A stretch of 64,000 bases of DNA, from NCBI GenBank assembly GCA_032128875.1, contig JAVLKG010000003.1, positions 161,008 to 225,007 on the forward strand, read 5' to 3'. The stretch comes from Candidatus Melainabacteria bacterium 17Bon1m. Lineage in GTDB: Bacteria; Cyanobacteriota; Vampirovibrionia; Obscuribacterales; Obscuribacteraceae. The first letter of the stretch is position 1, and each line of letters opens with the position of its first letter. Below the pieces are notes generated by a model. It had not been told where the DNA came from. It searched no databases and saw only the letters and a program-made list of their open reading frames with translations. Shown here piece after piece: positions 18,471 to 28,909 of the stretch. The translations under genes and the position numbers were made by a program.

Positions 18471-20192
18471 TTAAGCGGCGCCGGTGGCGGGAAGCGTATA
18501 GCGCTTTTCGATGGCGGCGCAGATCAAATTGCGCGTCTCTTTTGCGCCGATGTTTTTATTCGATTCAATCATTTGTGTTTCTTGCGAAAGTTCATCGTCT
18601 TTGATGAATTCCTTGAACCACTTCGAATAGTCGTGATTGCGCAGATGGAAATTCCATGTGTCGTCGTCCACACCTTGTGCGATTTGATTGAACAGCACAA
18701 GGTTTTGCACGCGTAGATTGAGTTTGTTTCCTGGTCCGCGGAAGTAAAAGCTTCTCTCTTCCGGCAGCTGACCTTCAGCATATTTGCGACGGTGACGAAC
18801 TTTCTCAATTTCGGAGCGTTCAAGCTTGAGCAGTTCAACCTGTTTTGACTTCTTGGTGAACCAACCGAAGCCGTAACCTTGCTCCAAGTCCTTTTGCTTC
18901 GGCATTTTTGGTGCATCGATACCGGCACTTTTGGCGAACTTCTTGATTTTTTCTTGCGCGTTTTCGCCAATGGTGAGCAGAAGATCGATGGATGAATACA
19001 CTTCCGGTGCAATGAGTTCTGGATGGACTGTAATCATCAAAATTGAACGCAAGTTTTCTGGCGCAAAGCGCGACATCTTTTTCCACTCTACGGGGAACAT
19101 GTGGTGCGCTTCGTCTACGACCGTCCAGTGTGGTCTTCCATGCAGTGTGCGAAGTTCTTGCAGCCGAGGAAGAAGGTTGGTGAAAAACTCCGGACGATCC
19201 TCCAACGGAATTCCGAGAAGGTTGACGATCACACTTTTGGTCGGATCCGCCAACAGTTGGAGAACTTCGTCGATGGTGGGGGCGCGCTCGGTGTCCCCGA
19301 TAACGACCGCGTTGTGGAAACTTTCGTAGTCACCTTCCGGATCTATCAAGCAAAATTGGTATTCGCTGTGGCACAGCTGATCGAGAATTCCCAGGGTCGT
19401 TGTCGATTTGCCTGCGCCAGAGCTGCCGCAAATCAGGATGCCCGTGTTATATGGATCGATCATCTCTTTCTCTGAATCTTCGCGAGTTCCTGCAGAAATG
19501 AAGTGGCGCTTCGGTGAAAAGTCGATCATGTCGTCTTCGATAAGCATCTCGATGAGTTCTTCAACACCCGCTCCACGCTTGGCATTCGTCACGAAATCTG
19601 CGCGCTCTTTTAGCGCTGGCAGCGCGTTGCCAACTGCAACAGAAAATTCACTGGAAGTGAGAAAAGCGTGATCGTTCTCAGCGTCGCCTACTGCGACAAC
19701 GTTGTGTGGTGAGAGTTGCAAATGCTTGAGTGCAGCAGCTAGGCCACTTGCTTTGTTAACACCTGGCGGCAAAATCATTACCGCGCCCTTGTTGAAGATA
19801 ATTTGCGATTCCAGACCAAGTTCTTTGATGCACTGGAGTACCAGCCCGTCATGCGGAACCCAGGTGGCAAGAATGCCTTTGCCAACCGATAGAGGTTCTA
19901 CCTCATGCTTCTTCAAATCATCAATTAATGCTTGCGGCGGCGGCTCGCAAAGCAGTTCTTCGTGCTTAGTGGAAGGAATGACCAAGAGTGCTCCGTTTTC
20001 TGCAACGACTGCGTCAAACATCTCCCACTCAGGAAAATGCTCGATGAGACTTGGCATTTCGCGTCCAGTTACGAGAATCAGCTTGCGCCCCGATGCTTTC
20101 AACCGTTGCAGAGCTTCCACTGTCGACTCATCTACTGTTCCATCACCCGCTATCGTGCCATCGTAATCCGTTGCCAGTGCCAGATACCGCAT
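18471..20192 (-). CDS. HAD-IIB (Cof-like) phosphatase fused to a P-loop ATPase (HerA/DUF87-like)
   Basis: DYDGT, VTGR, NKASGL and GDAEND, then GSSGAGKST, IDPEGDY and VVDEAHH. Confidence 0.88.
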   Translation of the reverse strand: MRYLALATDYDGTIAGDGTVDESTVEALQRLKASGRKLILVTGREMPSLIEHFPEWEMFDAVVAENGALLVIPSTKHEELLCEPPPQALIDDLKKHEVEPLSVGKGILATWVPHDGLVLQCIKELGLESQIIFNKGAVMILPPGVNKASGLAAALKHLQLSPHNVVAVGDAENDHAFLTSSEFSVAVGNALPALKERADFVTNAKRGAGVEELIEMLIEDDMIDFSPKRHFISAGTREDSEKEMIDPYNTGILICGSSGAGKSTTTLGILDQLCHSEYQFCLIDPEGDYESFHNAVVIGDTERAPTIDEVLQLLADPTKSVIVNLLGIPLEDRPEFFTNLLPRLQELRTLHGRPHWTVVDEAHHMFPVEWKKMSRFAPENLRSILMITVHPELIAPEVYSSIDLLLTIGENAQEKIKKFAKSAGIDAPKMPKQKDLEQGYGFGWFTKKSKQVELLKLERSEIEKVRHRRKYAEGQLPEERSFYFRGPGNKLNLRVQNLVLFNQIAQGVDDDTWNFHLRNHDYSKWFKEFIKDDELSQETQMIESNKNIGAKETRNLICAAIEKRYTLPATGAA

Positions 20193-20328
20193 GAGAAACT
20201 CCTGCTGAGGGGATGGACTAATTCTCGGTCTATGAAAAACCTGCCGTGCAAGTCAGGCTCTGTGTTATAGAGCGAACGGATATCCTGAAAGTTCCGGCTC
20301 AATAATTTTTGAAACTGCTATAGAAATG

Positions 20329-20358
20329 CAGAAAGCTCCGCAATTGCGGAGCCTTCTG
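20329..20358 (-). terminator. Probable intrinsic terminator
   Basis: Hairpin CAGAAAGCTCCGC-AATT-GCGGAGCCTTCTG downstream of the 20460-21119 gene. Confidence 0.55.
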
Positions 20359-20459
20359 TGCCCGTGGAGGGGCATATTTATTGGATGCCTGTGGATTCCG
20401 AGAGGCCGGGATTCGCTTTAGGTTACCGGTTTCTGGATTCCGTGGCTGCCAACCTTTCG

Positions 20460-21119
20460 CTACTTCGCTGCGCTATCGAGGTCAGAACCGATCTTGTCGA
20501 ATTCGCTGTAAAGGGTGCGACCTTCTTTAAGATCGAGATTGCCGTCAGCGCGCATTCCTGCTTCTTGAGTTGCAATCAAGTCCATACGGCTGCGTAGATT
20601 GTTTGCAGTCGAGGCGGAAATTTTGTTTTCCAAATACAACTTGTTGATCTTACCTTCGAGATCCCAACGACGTTTTGCTACGTCATCCAACTCAACTACC
20701 TTACCTTCAACGATCGTGAAGTGTGAACCTTCAACGATTGGAACGAAAACCGGCTTCTTCAACACGATGTTGAATCTGTCGCCGAGGGTATCAATATCGC
20801 GTGCCAGAATAACAACTTTGCTGCTGGCTGCAACGCCCGTCAATGCTTTTGCTGCTGCTTCTTCGGCTGCGATTCTATCGAGTTCTGCCTTCAACAGATT
20901 CTTTTCTGCTTCAGCCAAAAGGTTCTGTGCCAACGCGTCAGCGTAGAGCTTGTTCAACTCTTCACGACGAGTTGTAATTGTTCCGAACAACATACCAGGG
21001 TCAGTGGTAGTGATAGTTCGCGTGACTACAACGCTGTCTTGCGCAAATGCACCAGTGCCCAGGCACATGGTCAACGCTACAGCCGCGATGCCTAAGGTTG
21101 CCGCAATTGAAATTCTCAT
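20460..21119 (-). CDS. Secreted helical hypothetical protein with an internal two-fold repeat
   Basis: Signal peptide ending AFA-Q. RREELNKL...ELDRIAAEEA recurs as RRWDLEGKINKL...RMDLIATQEA. Confidence 0.8.
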   Translation of the reverse strand: MRISIAATLGIAAVALTMCLGTGAFAQDSVVVTRTITTTDPGMLFGTITTRREELNKLYADALAQNLLAEAEKNLLKAELDRIAAEEAAAKALTGVAASSKVVILARDIDTLGDRFNIVLKKPVFVPIVEGSHFTIVEGKVVELDDVAKRRWDLEGKINKLYLENKISASTANNLRSRMDLIATQEAGMRADGNLDLKEGRTLYSEFDKIGSDLDSAAK

Positions 21120-21284
21120 TTGTTTTCTCCGTATTTAGTGGAGATGCTACCCGGCCCACGAGCCCGGCACATCTATAGATGCCGGGTGGACGGGGTACCC
21201 CTCGATTAGTTCCTGACGTTACGAAAGGAAGTTACATTAAATTCGGAGGCTGTAAAGTGGGTGGGCTTTTGGGCGAAACGCCCA

Positions 21285-21761
21285 TCACTTGGATGGGCTT
21301 TGCTTGACGGCTTGGAACTCGGCGAGTTTGGCGGCGATATCAGCTCGACTGATGGTCGAGTCGTAACCCGATTCTTCATCCTTTGCCTCAATAAGGTTCG
21401 CTCCACCGTCATAGTTGTCGAGCAAAAATCGGATGAAAGCTTTGTCCAATTGTTTATCGTTTTCGCCAAAAGTAAGATCGCGATTTACCGACCTGAGCTC
21501 GCTGCGCAAATCTTCGCGACTGAGATCGGCGCCAAGCTGATCCGCATAAACAAGCGACAGCTCTGGCAACTGGTTGGTCTCTCGCAGCTTTTGCGTGAGC
21601 TGCAACATGTAGTCTTTCGCCTGTTCAGAACTCATTGCACTGGTGTCCGCTTTCGCGTCATTGCGCAACGATTCCAGCGCCGTTTTCTGCTCTTCGCTCG
21701 CCTGAGTGATTTCCGCGTTAGGGCAAACGTTGTCTGCTATTTCAATGTGGGAATTTGTCAT
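21285..21761 (-). CDS. Acidic hypothetical protein
   Basis: 158 aa; SD GGAG upstream. Confidence 0.7.
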   Translation of the reverse strand: MTNSHIEIADNVCPNAEITQASEEQKTALESLRNDAKADTSAMSSEQAKDYMLQLTQKLRETNQLPELSLVYADQLGADLSREDLRSELRSVNRDLTFGENDKQLDKAFIRFLLDNYDGGANLIEAKDEESGYDSTISRADIAAKLAEFQAVKQSPSK

Positions 21762-21847
21762 TTTTGGTCAACTCCATTGAGAAACGGTTGTTGACCCAGC
21801 CACCGTCACCATAGCCCAACCTAAGTGGCACGAACGTGGCAACGCAG

Positions 21848-23488
21848 TTAGTACTTGCTCATGTAATTCCGAGTAGCTTGGAATTTTGCAACTGAAGTTG
21901 TCGAAAGCTTCTGTTCGTTTTCCGCATGCTGCTGCTCGGTCGCCGCGAACTGCTGTTCAAGCGCATCTTCTTCGGTTGTGTAAACGATTGAGGGCGTTGG
22001 TGCGAGCAAGAGAGTATTGATATGCGCGCTCGCCTCGTTGAGTTTTTCTTTTAACTCGCTTGACGGTGCTGACAGTGCACGAGCGTATGCGTTGCGCTTT
22101 TCATTGCGCTGATCGATGCTGTAATTGAGGCACAGCTGCCAGAAAAAACGTGCGGCGGGAAACGCGATCAAGAAAGTTGCGTAAGCAAGCATGAAAATCG
22201 ACATGTGATGGAACGGTACGAGAATTTTTGTGCTGGCCGAAGCGGTGTAGAACCAGAAGCTGCCGATGAAATTTAAAAGCGCGATGGACGCCATCTTCAC
22301 TGAGGAGTCAGTGCCTTGAAGCGAAAACTGCCAACGGCGCTCGGCCAAATATCGCGAAAGATGGTTTTGAGTGTTCGCCGCAGGACCAGCCCAAGACTGA
22401 TCTGCCTGGCGTTTTAAATGGCTGCGATACAAGTCTCTAAGCTGATCTCCACCACCCATATTCTGATGTGGTTTCAAACTCAATTGTTGGGTGGCGAGAT
22501 TATCTTCGCGGACGAATGAAGGGAAAACGTACAGAATGTTGCCCTTGTCCGTCACTTCTGGTGAGCCGTTGAAATGCACGAGAATGGGTAACATCCAGTC
22601 TTCCGTTCCGCTGTCGTCGCCTGCATATGGTGCGATTTGTTCTGCCACCACAACGCCATGACTGCGTTTTATCACTAGACCTATTTGATGCCAAAAGCGC
22701 TCTTTTAAATCGGCGTTGGGATGCCCGTCTCCGAAGAGATATGAGAAGCAGTTGGTTACGAAGTCGCCGTTCTGCCCGCTGTCGCTGCGCGTCGATTGAC
22801 CGTTGGTGAGCGGCCTTGCTGCATTTGCTTGCGGCGAGTAATAGTAGTCGTATGAATATCCGTACGAATGGTAGTAGCACGGGTCAGACCAGTAATAGCC
22901 CCAGTCCAACAGTCGAATCATGTCGTAGGCGAAGTAATCGAAGTGGAAGTGTCCGAAATCGATGTTGGAGAGTCCAGAGAATAAATCGCCGCCACCCACG
23001 TCTCCGATGTCGAGACTTGGACCGTCGCCGTCGAAGATTGATGCGATTGCCGCAAAAATGCCGATGACGATGGCAATTATCGAGCCGATGAGCAAGATGC
23101 CGAACATCGCGCGAAAGAGAAAGTTGGCTAATAGCAAGACGATTTTTATCGCCGCTACCGTCAAGCCAATCGCAAGGCGCACCAACAGACGGAGCACGCG
23201 TAGGAAGAAATTGCCATTTGCAGTGAAGAGTTGTTTGGTGACGTCGTATATGTATGCGCGCTCGAAGCCTGGCGCGAATTCATAGAGCAATGCGCCTGCG
23301 GAATCCACCTTAAGGTGAGCGGAAGTTTCTGCGGCAATGATGTTCAGCTGTTGAGTTGCTGTTGCGATTGGGAGGCTTGTAGAGAGCGCTACGTTTTCCG
23401 GGGTGACCTTGAAGCGCAGCGTGTTGATTGCTTCAAGTACCTGGGTCTTTTCCTTGCTGTGAAACGGTTTTAGGATTTCGGCTAACAT
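21848..23488 (-). CDS. Membrane protein resembling the cyanobacterial/plastid At5g03900 family
   Basis: N-terminal KVTPENVA...IAAETSAHLKVDSAGALLYEF, then FSYLFGDGHPN, GVVVAEQIAPY and FNGSPEVTDKGNILYVFP. Confidence 0.75.
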   Translation of the reverse strand: MLAEILKPFHSKEKTQVLEAINTLRFKVTPENVALSTSLPIATATQQLNIIAAETSAHLKVDSAGALLYEFAPGFERAYIYDVTKQLFTANGNFFLRVLRLLVRLAIGLTVAAIKIVLLLANFLFRAMFGILLIGSIIAIVIGIFAAIASIFDGDGPSLDIGDVGGGDLFSGLSNIDFGHFHFDYFAYDMIRLLDWGYYWSDPCYYHSYGYSYDYYYSPQANAARPLTNGQSTRSDSGQNGDFVTNCFSYLFGDGHPNADLKERFWHQIGLVIKRSHGVVVAEQIAPYAGDDSGTEDWMLPILVHFNGSPEVTDKGNILYVFPSFVREDNLATQQLSLKPHQNMGGGDQLRDLYRSHLKRQADQSWAGPAANTQNHLSRYLAERRWQFSLQGTDSSVKMASIALLNFIGSFWFYTASASTKILVPFHHMSIFMLAYATFLIAFPAARFFWQLCLNYSIDQRNEKRNAYARALSAPSSELKEKLNEASAHINTLLLAPTPSIVYTTEEDALEQQFAATEQQHAENEQKLSTTSVAKFQATRNYMSKY

Positions 23489-23819
23489 CGCATTTCTTTC
23501 CTATGATGCAAGAAACTGGCGAACGCTTACGTGGTTTCGCCTTGAATGTTTGTTGTGCTGACGAGAGAGGGTTCCGCGGTCAATACCGCTGGATTAAATC
23601 AATTGACGCAGGGCTTGGCTTATTTCGGCATATTGTGCGTTGTTTTGTTCGTTTTCGATGTTCCGAGTATAAGCGACCTGTTGGCAACCTTTCGCTTTTG
23701 TTATCATTGCTTCACAATTATCAAAGAACGCACCCAGTTGCCCTTCTCCGGCTTGGATGCGTTAGGTGTAGGCTATTAGCGCTGTTGCGCCGTGCTCGCT
23801 CAGTTTGGCGATTGCATTT

Positions 23820-24122
23820 TTAATTCGGCGGGTGGAATGCGATGTTCGATTGTAGGTAAGCCGCTTCCCGGCTAAAGCGTCTTTCGAGCGTCTGGAAATT
23901 TGGCGTCACAACGCATTCTGGCAGGCTTACAGACGCATCAATTGGCAGATCGGCGTACAACACATCTTCCTCGACGCCGACTTCAACCAACCATTGAGCA
24001 AGGTCTTCAAACTCATCGTCCCTGGCGGCTAACATTGGATAACCCGGGGCGACGAACGACGCGCAGAAGTAGCCGTCGGACTCGAACACCTTCAGTTTTC
24101 CGGGGATCAATGTTGATTGCAT
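23820..24122 (-). CDS. Hypothetical protein
   Basis: 100 aa; SD GAGGA upstream. Confidence 0.6.
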   Translation of the reverse strand: MQSTLIPGKLKVFESDGYFCASFVAPGYPMLAARDDEFEDLAQWLVEVGVEEDVLYADLPIDASVSLPECVVTPNFQTLERRFSREAAYLQSNIAFHPPN

Positions 24123-24306
24123 GTTTTCCTCTTTCTATTTTTATGAGCGCAAACACTATAGGTGTATTGCTCTCCTAGAAAAACATTCCTTAAGACCCTC
24201 GTCAATTGGGCTGACTGGATATGCGAGGCGTATGCTTTGGGGCGGGCAAATTTGCGTATTCCCAATGTGCGTGGCAGGATGGTATTTCTGGTTGTGAGCT
24301 TTTCAC

Positions 24307-24609
24307 ATGAATGCAGAAGTCGCTGCTGACGCAGCAATATTCCGGACGATTTTGATGTTTGTCGTTTGTGGTGCAGTTTTGTATCCGGCGTACTGTTTTT
24401 TCAAAAAGTTTCGCGAATTGCTCGGTAGACTCGACCTGCGTCCTCACCAACAAGATGAAGCGAGAGTTCTGAATCTAATTAGCGTGTCTGTGGAGCATGG
24501 ACTTCGGGCTATTTGGATATCGTGGTTAGTTATTGTTGGCACCTTTTTGCTTTTCCTTTTCGGACTGTCTCTTTATCGGTATTTCCACACTGTAGTCAGA
24601 TTGTTTTGA
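24307..24609 (+). CDS. Small two-TM membrane protein
   Basis: Two hydrophobic helices. Confidence 0.5.
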   Translation: MNAEVAADAAIFRTILMFVVCGAVLYPAYCFFKKFRELLGRLDLRPHQQDEARVLNLISVSVEHGLRAIWISWLVIVGTFLLFLFGLSLYRYFHTVVRLF

Positions 24610-24657
24610 GCAACAGTTCGTGCACAGAATCGCGCCGAAACGCGTATAGTAGTTTGA

Positions 24658-25677
24658 ATGAATTCGATCAAGGAAAAACTTGCAGGCATGCGGTGGCTTT
24701 TCATAAAGCCCGGCAAGTTTTTTGATGATGTAGCCCGCAACGGAAGTTATTGGGACGGCTTGGTTTTCATGGCTTTTCTTGCGCTCGTAGTTGGATATGG
24801 CGCTGTATTCGGCGACCCTACGCTTTCAGCGGACATGGTGCTCGCTGATGGTGCGAAAGTCGCGATGGTGCTATTCGTGGTTCTACTGGTCGTTACGGCT
24901 GTCTGGGGGCTGTTCTCCGCGCTTATTGGCATGAAGATGCGCCCTCGCATCGCCGTCGCGCTGACCTTTAAGGAGGCGGTTCAACGTTGCCTCCGCATGG
25001 TTTGTTTTGCATTGGCTCCGATTACACTCCTATTTTTTCACGGGCAGTTGTTAATAGGCTTAGCCCTTGTAGGCGTACTTGTTTTAGCGGTGATTGGTGT
25101 GTCGAAGGCGCTCTCAATCAAAATTATTCCTGCGCTTATCGTGCAGGCGCTGGTGTGTGGAAGCATTGTGGGTGGCGCCGCCCTTGCAGTTGACTCCTTC
25201 TTCAAAGATCCGGAATTCCAGGCGCGTCGCAGTCGCTCTTATCCAGCGAAGAAGCTGATTGGAAAGCCCGCTCCTGACATTTTGATATCGCCGACGGGTG
25301 GTGTGCCCATTCATTTGTCAGAGTTGAAAGGGAAAGTCGTCATCATCGACTTCTGGGCAACCTGGTGTCCTCCTTGCCGTTTTGGACTTCCGATGGTGAG
25401 CGAGGTGGCGTCTAAGTATAAAGACAAAGGCGTAGTGTTTTACGCAATTGGTGATGGCAGCATCAATCAGGAAAAGCTTTATTTGGAACAGCGAAAGATC
25501 GATGCGATTCCCGCCAGCTCAAACGCTGAAGCTTTTGAAGCATTCATGGTCCAGGCGATCCCTGAAACTATCGTCATAGACAAGGAAGGCGTCGTCAAGT
25601 CGGTGCACATAGGGCTTTCGCAAAATGAGAAAGAAGAGCTGACAAGCGAAATTGAAGCAGCTCTTAATGGCAAATAA
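24658..25677 (+). CDS. TlpA/ResA-like thiol-disulfide oxidoreductase with N-terminal Yip1-like TM domain
   Basis: LKGKVVIIDFWATWCPPC. About five N-terminal TM helices beginning FIKPGKFF. Confidence 0.85.
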   Translation: MNSIKEKLAGMRWLFIKPGKFFDDVARNGSYWDGLVFMAFLALVVGYGAVFGDPTLSADMVLADGAKVAMVLFVVLLVVTAVWGLFSALIGMKMRPRIAVALTFKEAVQRCLRMVCFALAPITLLFFHGQLLIGLALVGVLVLAVIGVSKALSIKIIPALIVQALVCGSIVGGAALAVDSFFKDPEFQARRSRSYPAKKLIGKPAPDILISPTGGVPIHLSELKGKVVIIDFWATWCPPCRFGLPMVSEVASKYKDKGVVFYAIGDGSINQEKLYLEQRKIDAIPASSNAEAFEAFMVQAIPETIVIDKEGVVKSVHIGLSQNEKEELTSEIEAALNGK

Positions 25678-25783
25678 GACACCTGCAGCGGCAGCTTGAA
25701 GCGTTTTTTGCAGCGAACCGAGCGAGTGGTGTCTTCGCATTCCACATGAGTCATAATATGCATAACCTCATGGGATAAAACAC

Positions 25784-26647
25784 GTGATTACCTTCTACGA
25801 GCGCATGAGTGACTTAATTGCCACGGGCACACCATTTGTGTGCGCGACGATTGTTGACACGCAAGGCAGCGTGCCTGCTGATATCGGTGCCAAGATGCTT
25901 GTTACAGCGGATGGCGCTCATTTTGGAACGGTTGGCGGCGGAAAAATCGAAGCTCGCGTTATCCAAGAATCCAAAGAGATGTTGAAGTCTGCAGGTCTGG
26001 CTGGAACATCCGGCAAGGAAGATTCAACTGCGAAGTTTTTCGAGTGGAGTCTGAACAGAGATATTGGAATGACCTGCGGCGGGTCAATGCGCGTGTATCT
26101 TGAAGCTTTCAATCATCGCGCCTGGAATATCACCGTATTTGGTGCTGGACATGTGGCGAATGCACTGATTAGTTTGTTGGAAAAACTGGACTGCAGAATC
26201 ACTTGCATTGACTCGCGCGTAGAGTGGCTCGACAAGCTGCCCGACTCGCCCAAGCTACGCCGCGTTTTGCTATCCGAAATGAAAGAGTTTGTCGCAGAAA
26301 TTCCAAACGATTCCTTTGTCCTGCTTATGACAATGGGTCATAGTTCTGACAAACCCATCTTGTTGGAAATTTTGAGTCGCTGGGAAGAAGTGAAGTTTCC
26401 GTACCTGGGCGTCATCGGTAGTGACGCTAAGGCTGCACGTATTCGAAAGGATATTGCAGAAGCTGGTCTACCTGCCGAACTTTCAAAAGTTTTCTTCTGC
26501 CCGATCGGCTTGCCGCTGGGTTCAAATCATCCACAGGAAATCGCGGTCAGCGTGGCAGCTCAGCTGTTGCAAGTTCGAGATACGTCTGTTACAGCTGGTG
26601 CGCCGCAATCAGCCGTTTCACCTGATGCAGCAAGCGTTGCAGATTAA
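25784..26647 (+). CDS. xdhC: Xanthine dehydrogenase accessory protein
   Basis: GSVP, GTVGGGKIE, GMTCGG, FGAGHV, LGVIGS and CPIGL. Confidence 0.92.
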   Translation: MITFYERMSDLIATGTPFVCATIVDTQGSVPADIGAKMLVTADGAHFGTVGGGKIEARVIQESKEMLKSAGLAGTSGKEDSTAKFFEWSLNRDIGMTCGGSMRVYLEAFNHRAWNITVFGAGHVANALISLLEKLDCRITCIDSRVEWLDKLPDSPKLRRVLLSEMKEFVAEIPNDSFVLLMTMGHSSDKPILLEILSRWEEVKFPYLGVIGSDAKAARIRKDIAEAGLPAELSKVFFCPIGLPLGSNHPQEIAVSVAAQLLQVRDTSVTAGAPQSAVSPDAASVAD

Positions 26648-26703
26648 GCACGCTCTCCAGCTACGGAAGTGCAGAAATCTTATTTTGAACGCACAAATTG
26701 CTC

Positions 26704-28830
26704 TTACTTATTGCCAGTGCCAAAGTGATCTTCGCCATCCGGCAAAATCCGGGTGAGATTGTTGTGAGTCGGTAGACCAATGTATTCCCATTGAAACGGC
26801 AGCAGAACTGATGGATCATATGTCAACTTGTTTCGATACCAGATATCGATTTTGGGATTGGCTTTCTTCAACTCCGCTGAGAATGCGTTGACGTCCTTTG
26901 TCGGCCATGTCGCCGGCACGATTTCGAGTATTCGTAGGTTTTTCAATTTAACCAATGACTTAATGCATTTCGGGGTGACGTGCGATTGGCTGAGATCAAG
27001 CCATTCTAAAGTTTGCATATTCTCTAGATGTTTGACCCCTTCATCCGTAATCAAGTTGTTTGCCAGGTTTAGTACTCTGATTGTTTTGCTTTTACCAATC
27101 AGCTTGAGGTCGCTATCACCCATTGCGTTGGTAGCAAGCACGAGCTCTTGTAGGTTTTTAAATTTCGGAATTAGTTTAAGAACATGCTCCGGCGCGTTTA
27201 GGTGGCTGATGTCCAAAAACTGAAGATTGAGGATCTCTTTGTATTTCGCTAATTGAGCGCAATCAACATCGCACGTCGAGAGATTCAGAAAAATCAAGTT
27301 GGGAAGATGCGGGAGAATTTCCAGATCTTTGTCACCAAATGTGGTGCCAGATACATTGAGGCAGCGCAGGCTGGTAAACTCTTGGAACTTAGAGTAAATT
27401 GAGGAATTCCCCGCGCTGCCCTTGTAGTCCAATACGACTAAATCATCCGGTCGAAATCGAGTTAGCAGGCTCGGATCTTTATCCACTTCATCGTCTAACA
27501 TCAAACCGACATCGTCGGCCATGCCCAACTTGATTTGCCCACTGGCAGTTTTGAACCTATTGTTTCTCAAGATTATCGTGCCGACCGAGAAGTCCGGAAA
27601 GCTAAAAACCTTCAAACGCCCCTCGATTTGCGACCAGTACTGCGGGTATGCACCAGCGGTTTTTGGTGGAGGCGGAGGCTCTGGTGTTGTGTTTTTGAAA
27701 AACATTGACGAGCTTGCTACACCAAGACCGTAGATCAGAGCGCCAAAGGCAGCCATCTTGAGCACGTTGCCCATTCCATTTGTCTGAGCCGACTCAATCT
27801 TTTTAGTTTGAATGGTCCGTTCACGAATGTCGGATGCTTTGTATTTTCCGCTTGCGGTAATGTTTTGATTGCTGCCGCCGTCTTTCATGTCTCGCTCTAG
27901 CGCAATCAAGTCGGTCGCCAATTGGTGCGCTGATTGGTAGCGTTTTTCGGGATCTTTCTGTAACAGCAATTCGATAATAAGTTCGAGCGCTGGCGGATAG
28001 TTTCCACCCATCGATGCTTCCTTCAGCGACATTTGTTTTTCGCCTTGATGTTTCATCATTGTGGATAACGCCGTTTCGCCCATGAATGGTGGCGCGCCGG
28101 TCAACGTTTCATACATGACGCAACCCAAGGAATAGAGGTCGCTGCGATGATCGACCGGCAAACCCATACACTGCTCAGGGCTCATGTAGAAAGGGCTTCC
28201 GAAGATTTCTCCAGTTTTCGTAAGCGTCTGTTGATTGAATTCATCGACGCCGGTCAACTTAGCAATACCGAAGTCCACGACCTTGACGCTTTCGCGCTCG
28301 TACTCCCCCTTGGGTGGCACGATCATAATGTTGCTAGGTTTCAAATCCCGGTGAACAATGCGCTGCGTGTGGGCGCAGTCAATGGCAAATGCGACCTGGA
28401 TAAACAGTGCGATGGCGCGCTCTGTAGGTAAGTGGCCGAGCCTTTTGATCTCGTCCGCCAGCGTTTGCCCTTCAATGAGTTCCATAAGGAAAAAGGGTTG
28501 TCCTTTTTCAAGCAATCCGAATTCAAAGACTTTGAGCAAATTCGGATGGTCTAGCAGTTGAGCCGCTTTTGCTTCATTTTGAAAGCGCTTCCAGCTTGCA
28601 TCTGCGGCTTCCTGAGATTTGTTGAGGCATTTGAATGCAAACTGCTTTTCCAGCAAAAGGTGATCCACCCGATAGACGCTGCCCATCCCGCCCGCGCCGA
28701 GCAGTTCGATCACTCTAAATTTGTCGAGGAGAATCGTGCCAGGTGCAATGGTCGCATTGACTGCACCCGAAAGCACCTGTGTGCTTTCGCTGTCATGCAA
28801 GTTGTTCTGATATGAATTCTCCATGTGCAT
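26704..28830 (-). CDS. Hanks-type Ser/Thr kinase with TM segment and C-terminal leucine-rich repeats
   Basis: LGAGGMGSVY, HRDLKPSN, DFG, YMSPEQ and LxxLNL repeats. Confidence 0.93.
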   Translation of the reverse strand: MHMENSYQNNLHDSESTQVLSGAVNATIAPGTILLDKFRVIELLGAGGMGSVYRVDHLLLEKQFAFKCLNKSQEAADASWKRFQNEAKAAQLLDHPNLLKVFEFGLLEKGQPFFLMELIEGQTLADEIKRLGHLPTERAIALFIQVAFAIDCAHTQRIVHRDLKPSNIMIVPPKGEYERESVKVVDFGIAKLTGVDEFNQQTLTKTGEIFGSPFYMSPEQCMGLPVDHRSDLYSLGCVMYETLTGAPPFMGETALSTMMKHQGEKQMSLKEASMGGNYPPALELIIELLLQKDPEKRYQSAHQLATDLIALERDMKDGGSNQNITASGKYKASDIRERTIQTKKIESAQTNGMGNVLKMAAFGALIYGLGVASSSMFFKNTTPEPPPPPKTAGAYPQYWSQIEGRLKVFSFPDFSVGTIILRNNRFKTASGQIKLGMADDVGLMLDDEVDKDPSLLTRFRPDDLVVLDYKGSAGNSSIYSKFQEFTSLRCLNVSGTTFGDKDLEILPHLPNLIFLNLSTCDVDCAQLAKYKEILNLQFLDISHLNAPEHVLKLIPKFKNLQELVLATNAMGDSDLKLIGKSKTIRVLNLANNLITDEGVKHLENMQTLEWLDLSQSHVTPKCIKSLVKLKNLRILEIVPATWPTKDVNAFSAELKKANPKIDIWYRNKLTYDPSVLLPFQWEYIGLPTHNNLTRILPDGEDHFGTGNK

Positions 28831-28909
28831 AGCTTAACCGATCGGCAAAGGCCCGCAGCCGTCGCTTTGCAAGCCCGGGGCGCTTGCGGTGGTTGGTTTT
28901 CGAGGTTGG

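Noticed and set aside
23546-23779. 77-aa hydrophobic ORF
   Set aside because: No clear SD or recognisable family; too weak to call.
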